Shown: positions 23,760 to 25,285 of the stretch, in pieces
How positions within the stretch are numbered: position 1 is the stretch's first letter
Layout: the number at the start of each line of letters is the position of its first letter
Virus record (IMG/VR): IMGVR_UViG_3300031420_000399
Strand: one strand, 5' to 3'
Origin: a virus
Taxonomy: Duplodnaviria; Heunggongvirae; Uroviricota; Caudoviricetes
Length of the DNA stretch: 25,285 nt
The notes under the pieces: model-generated
The model's input: only the letters and a program-made list of their open reading frames with translations
Database searches by the model: none
What the model was told of the DNA's origin: nothing
Position numbers and translations under genes: made by a program

Positions 23760-25285
23760 ATGCTGGGCTGTAGCGAGATCCGAGAGATAGACCAGGATCT
23801 CGCTACAGCCTTCTTAAGCGCTTCATCGACCGTTACGCTTTCGTCTAGCTCAGAGCCTGCCACCCTGGTGCTCAACCTCGGTGCCTTCGAAGATGAAGAA
23901 TTAATTGCTCTTGCTCGCTTCGCTTATCCGACGAGTGAAGCGCTCAAATCTCTCTATTCTGTAGAAGTTTTTGCGCTTGCTCGTGAGGAAGGTTACGAAA
24001 GCTCGATCTTCGTCGAGCTTTTAGAGGTATTCGTTCGTGAGCGTAAGCCCAATGATGTAGTGATCTTAGACACTCTAGCCGAGCACTTTGATCTTTCCAC
24101 TTCGGGTTTCGCTTTGAGTGCAGATCTCAAGGAACTTGGAGTTAGTGCTCATTCTTGGATTCATCCGGAACGAACCTACTACACCTACAAGATAACTGCC
24201 GGCGACAGTGACAAGTACTACTACGGCGTGAGTCATCTGAAGCTTTCAAACGCCAGTCGCGCTCAGTGCCTGGAACACAACTACTGGGGCAGTGGCTCTG
24301 TTCGATTCCAAAACTGGAAATCGAAGCACAGTGATACACTCAAGAAAGAGGTGCTTCAAGTCTTTCACCGAAAAGCTCTAGCCTATCGGGCAGAGGAAGA
24401 GCTTGTGGGCGACTTCTATATCTCTGACTCAAACTGCTTAAACTCTGTCCGAGGAGGACTTCGACCTTTCCATGTGACTAAGCTTGGAGAAATGGCTCTC
24501 TGCGAATTCCATGGTCAAACTATGCACACTCCAACCGGTCTCTGTCGCAAGTGCGCATCAACTAAAGTCTTCAGCACTTCTTTCTGCGACACCCATGGCT
24601 TGACGGTATTCAGGAGCGATTACTGTGACAGGTGTCGCTATGAGTCGTCTAGAAAGACCGGGATTTGTGAATCGCACGGATCTTGGTCTTCGACTTCTGG
24701 TTGTTCTAGATGCGCAGCTGAATCTGCGCTGTCGGTGAGCGAGTGCGAGATTCACGGGGCCACGATGTTCCGTGGATCTCAGTGTGCCCGCTGTAACTCA
24801 GCTTCGATGTACTCTAAGCAGACCTGTGCGATTCATGGTGAAGTCGCGTTCCAAGACGGCAGCTGCGTGAGCTGCAGGGTTGCGAGAATGACTACCCAGG
24901 AAGTCTGCGAGCTCCACGGTGAGACCGTCCACCAAGGAGGCACCTGTCGAAAGTGTGCTAGCTCTACTATGCACCACGAAGCTATCTGCGAGATCCACGG
25001 TCAGGCCACTTTCCGAGGGGACTATTGCCTCAGGTGTGTCAACAGCCGAAACTTCGAAGAGCTCGAGTGCTCTAAGCACGGGCTGACAACCCATCACAAG
25101 GGCAAATGCAGTCGCTGCCACTCAGAGAGTAACTACACCGAGCGTGAGTGCGAAGTCCACGGTCTCACGAAACATCAGGGTCAGCACTGTCTCAGATGCA
25201 AGCGAGTGGCCGAGTACTCGGTGGAAGAGTGTGAAGTTCACGGCGAAGTGAAGCACCGGAAGGGTAAGTGTCAGAAGTGCGCTGT
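23760..25285 (+). CDS. GIY-YIG (Seg-like) endonuclease fused to at least 10 tandem CxxHG-x7-9-CxxC repeats; runs off the window (not in the supplied ORF track)
   Basis: Manual translation from ATG 23760 is open for more than 508 codons. At 24177-24455: YYTYKITAGDSDKYYYGVSH...YWGSG...KKEVLQVF...AYRAEEELV...CLNSVRGG. Cys/His repeats begin at 24501. Confidence 0.9.
   Translation, partial: MLGCSEIREIDQDLATAFLSASSTVTLSSSSEPATLVLNLGAFEDEELIALARFAYPTSEALKSLYSVEVFALAREEGYESSIFVELLEVFVRERKPNDVVILDTLAEHFDLSTSGFALSADLKELGVSAHSWIHPERTYYTYKITAGDSDKYYYGVSHLKLSNASRAQCLEHNYWGSGSVRFQNWKSKHSDTLKKEVLQVFHRKALAYRAEEELVGDFYISDSNCLNSVRGGLRPFHVTKLGEMALCEFHGQTMHTPTGLCRKCASTKVFSTSFCDTHGLTVFRSDYCDRCRYESSRKTGICESHGSWSSTSGCSRCAAESALSVSECEIHGATMFRGSQCARCNSASMYSKQTCAIHGEVAFQDGSCVSCRVARMTTQEVCELHGETVHQGGTCRKCASSTMHHEAICEIHGQATFRGDYCLRCVNSRNFEELECSKHGLTTHHKGKCSRCHSESNYTERECEVHGLTKHQGQHCLRCKRVAEYSVEECEVHGEVKHRKGKCQKCA
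24501..25285 (+). repeat. Coding tandem repeat array, ~81-bp (27-aa) period, 10 units visible
   Basis: First-Cys codons at 24501, 24585, 24666, 24744, 24825, 24906, 24987, 25068, 25149 and 25230. Units include CEIHGATMFRGSQCARC, CELHGETVHQGGTCRKC and CEVHGLTKHQGQHCLRC. Confidence 0.92.

Noticed and set aside
24501-25285. 81-bp periodicity considered as a CRISPR array
   Set aside because: Conservation is at the amino-acid level (Cys/His/Gly codons with synonymous variation). There are no identical 25-45-nt repeats and no cas genes.
1-25285. Transposases, integrases, IS terminal repeats, rRNA or phage structural genes
   Set aside because: No DDE, tyrosine or serine recombinase, rRNA, capsid, terminase or tail motifs were recognised in any ORF.

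Overview
A GC-rich window in which every credible gene (about 25) lies on the + strand. Actinobacterial-type homologues (pncB, pncA, an NrtR-like Nudix-wHTH module, nucS, glf, a Sec-type Rhs toxin) are mixed with many small orphan and Cys/His-rich ORFs and two mobile-type nucleases (HNH, GIY-YIG). There are no core housekeeping operons, tRNAs, rRNAs, IS elements or CRISPR arrays. The layout best fits a very large actinobacterial (Micrococcales-like) mobile element such as a jumbo phage or giant plasmid; this is inference, since no hallmark capsid or replication gene is visible. Main observations: (1) A dispersed NAD+ salvage set (PncB, PncA and an NrtR-type protein with an intact Nudix box and a ~590-aa acidic extension) could recycle both products of NAD+ cleavage by a deamidating route different from NARP1/NARP2. 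(2) An ORF missing from the supplied track (23760 to beyond 25285) fuses a Seg-like GIY-YIG nuclease to at least 10 tandem ~27-aa CxxHG-x7-9-CxxC repeats. (3) A manual read found no ACGT site in the window, while AGCT is strongly over-represented. (4) An Rhs toxin has a low-GC, possibly ART-like tip followed by immunity genes. (5) Two divergent tandem paralogues of unknown function lie at the left end.
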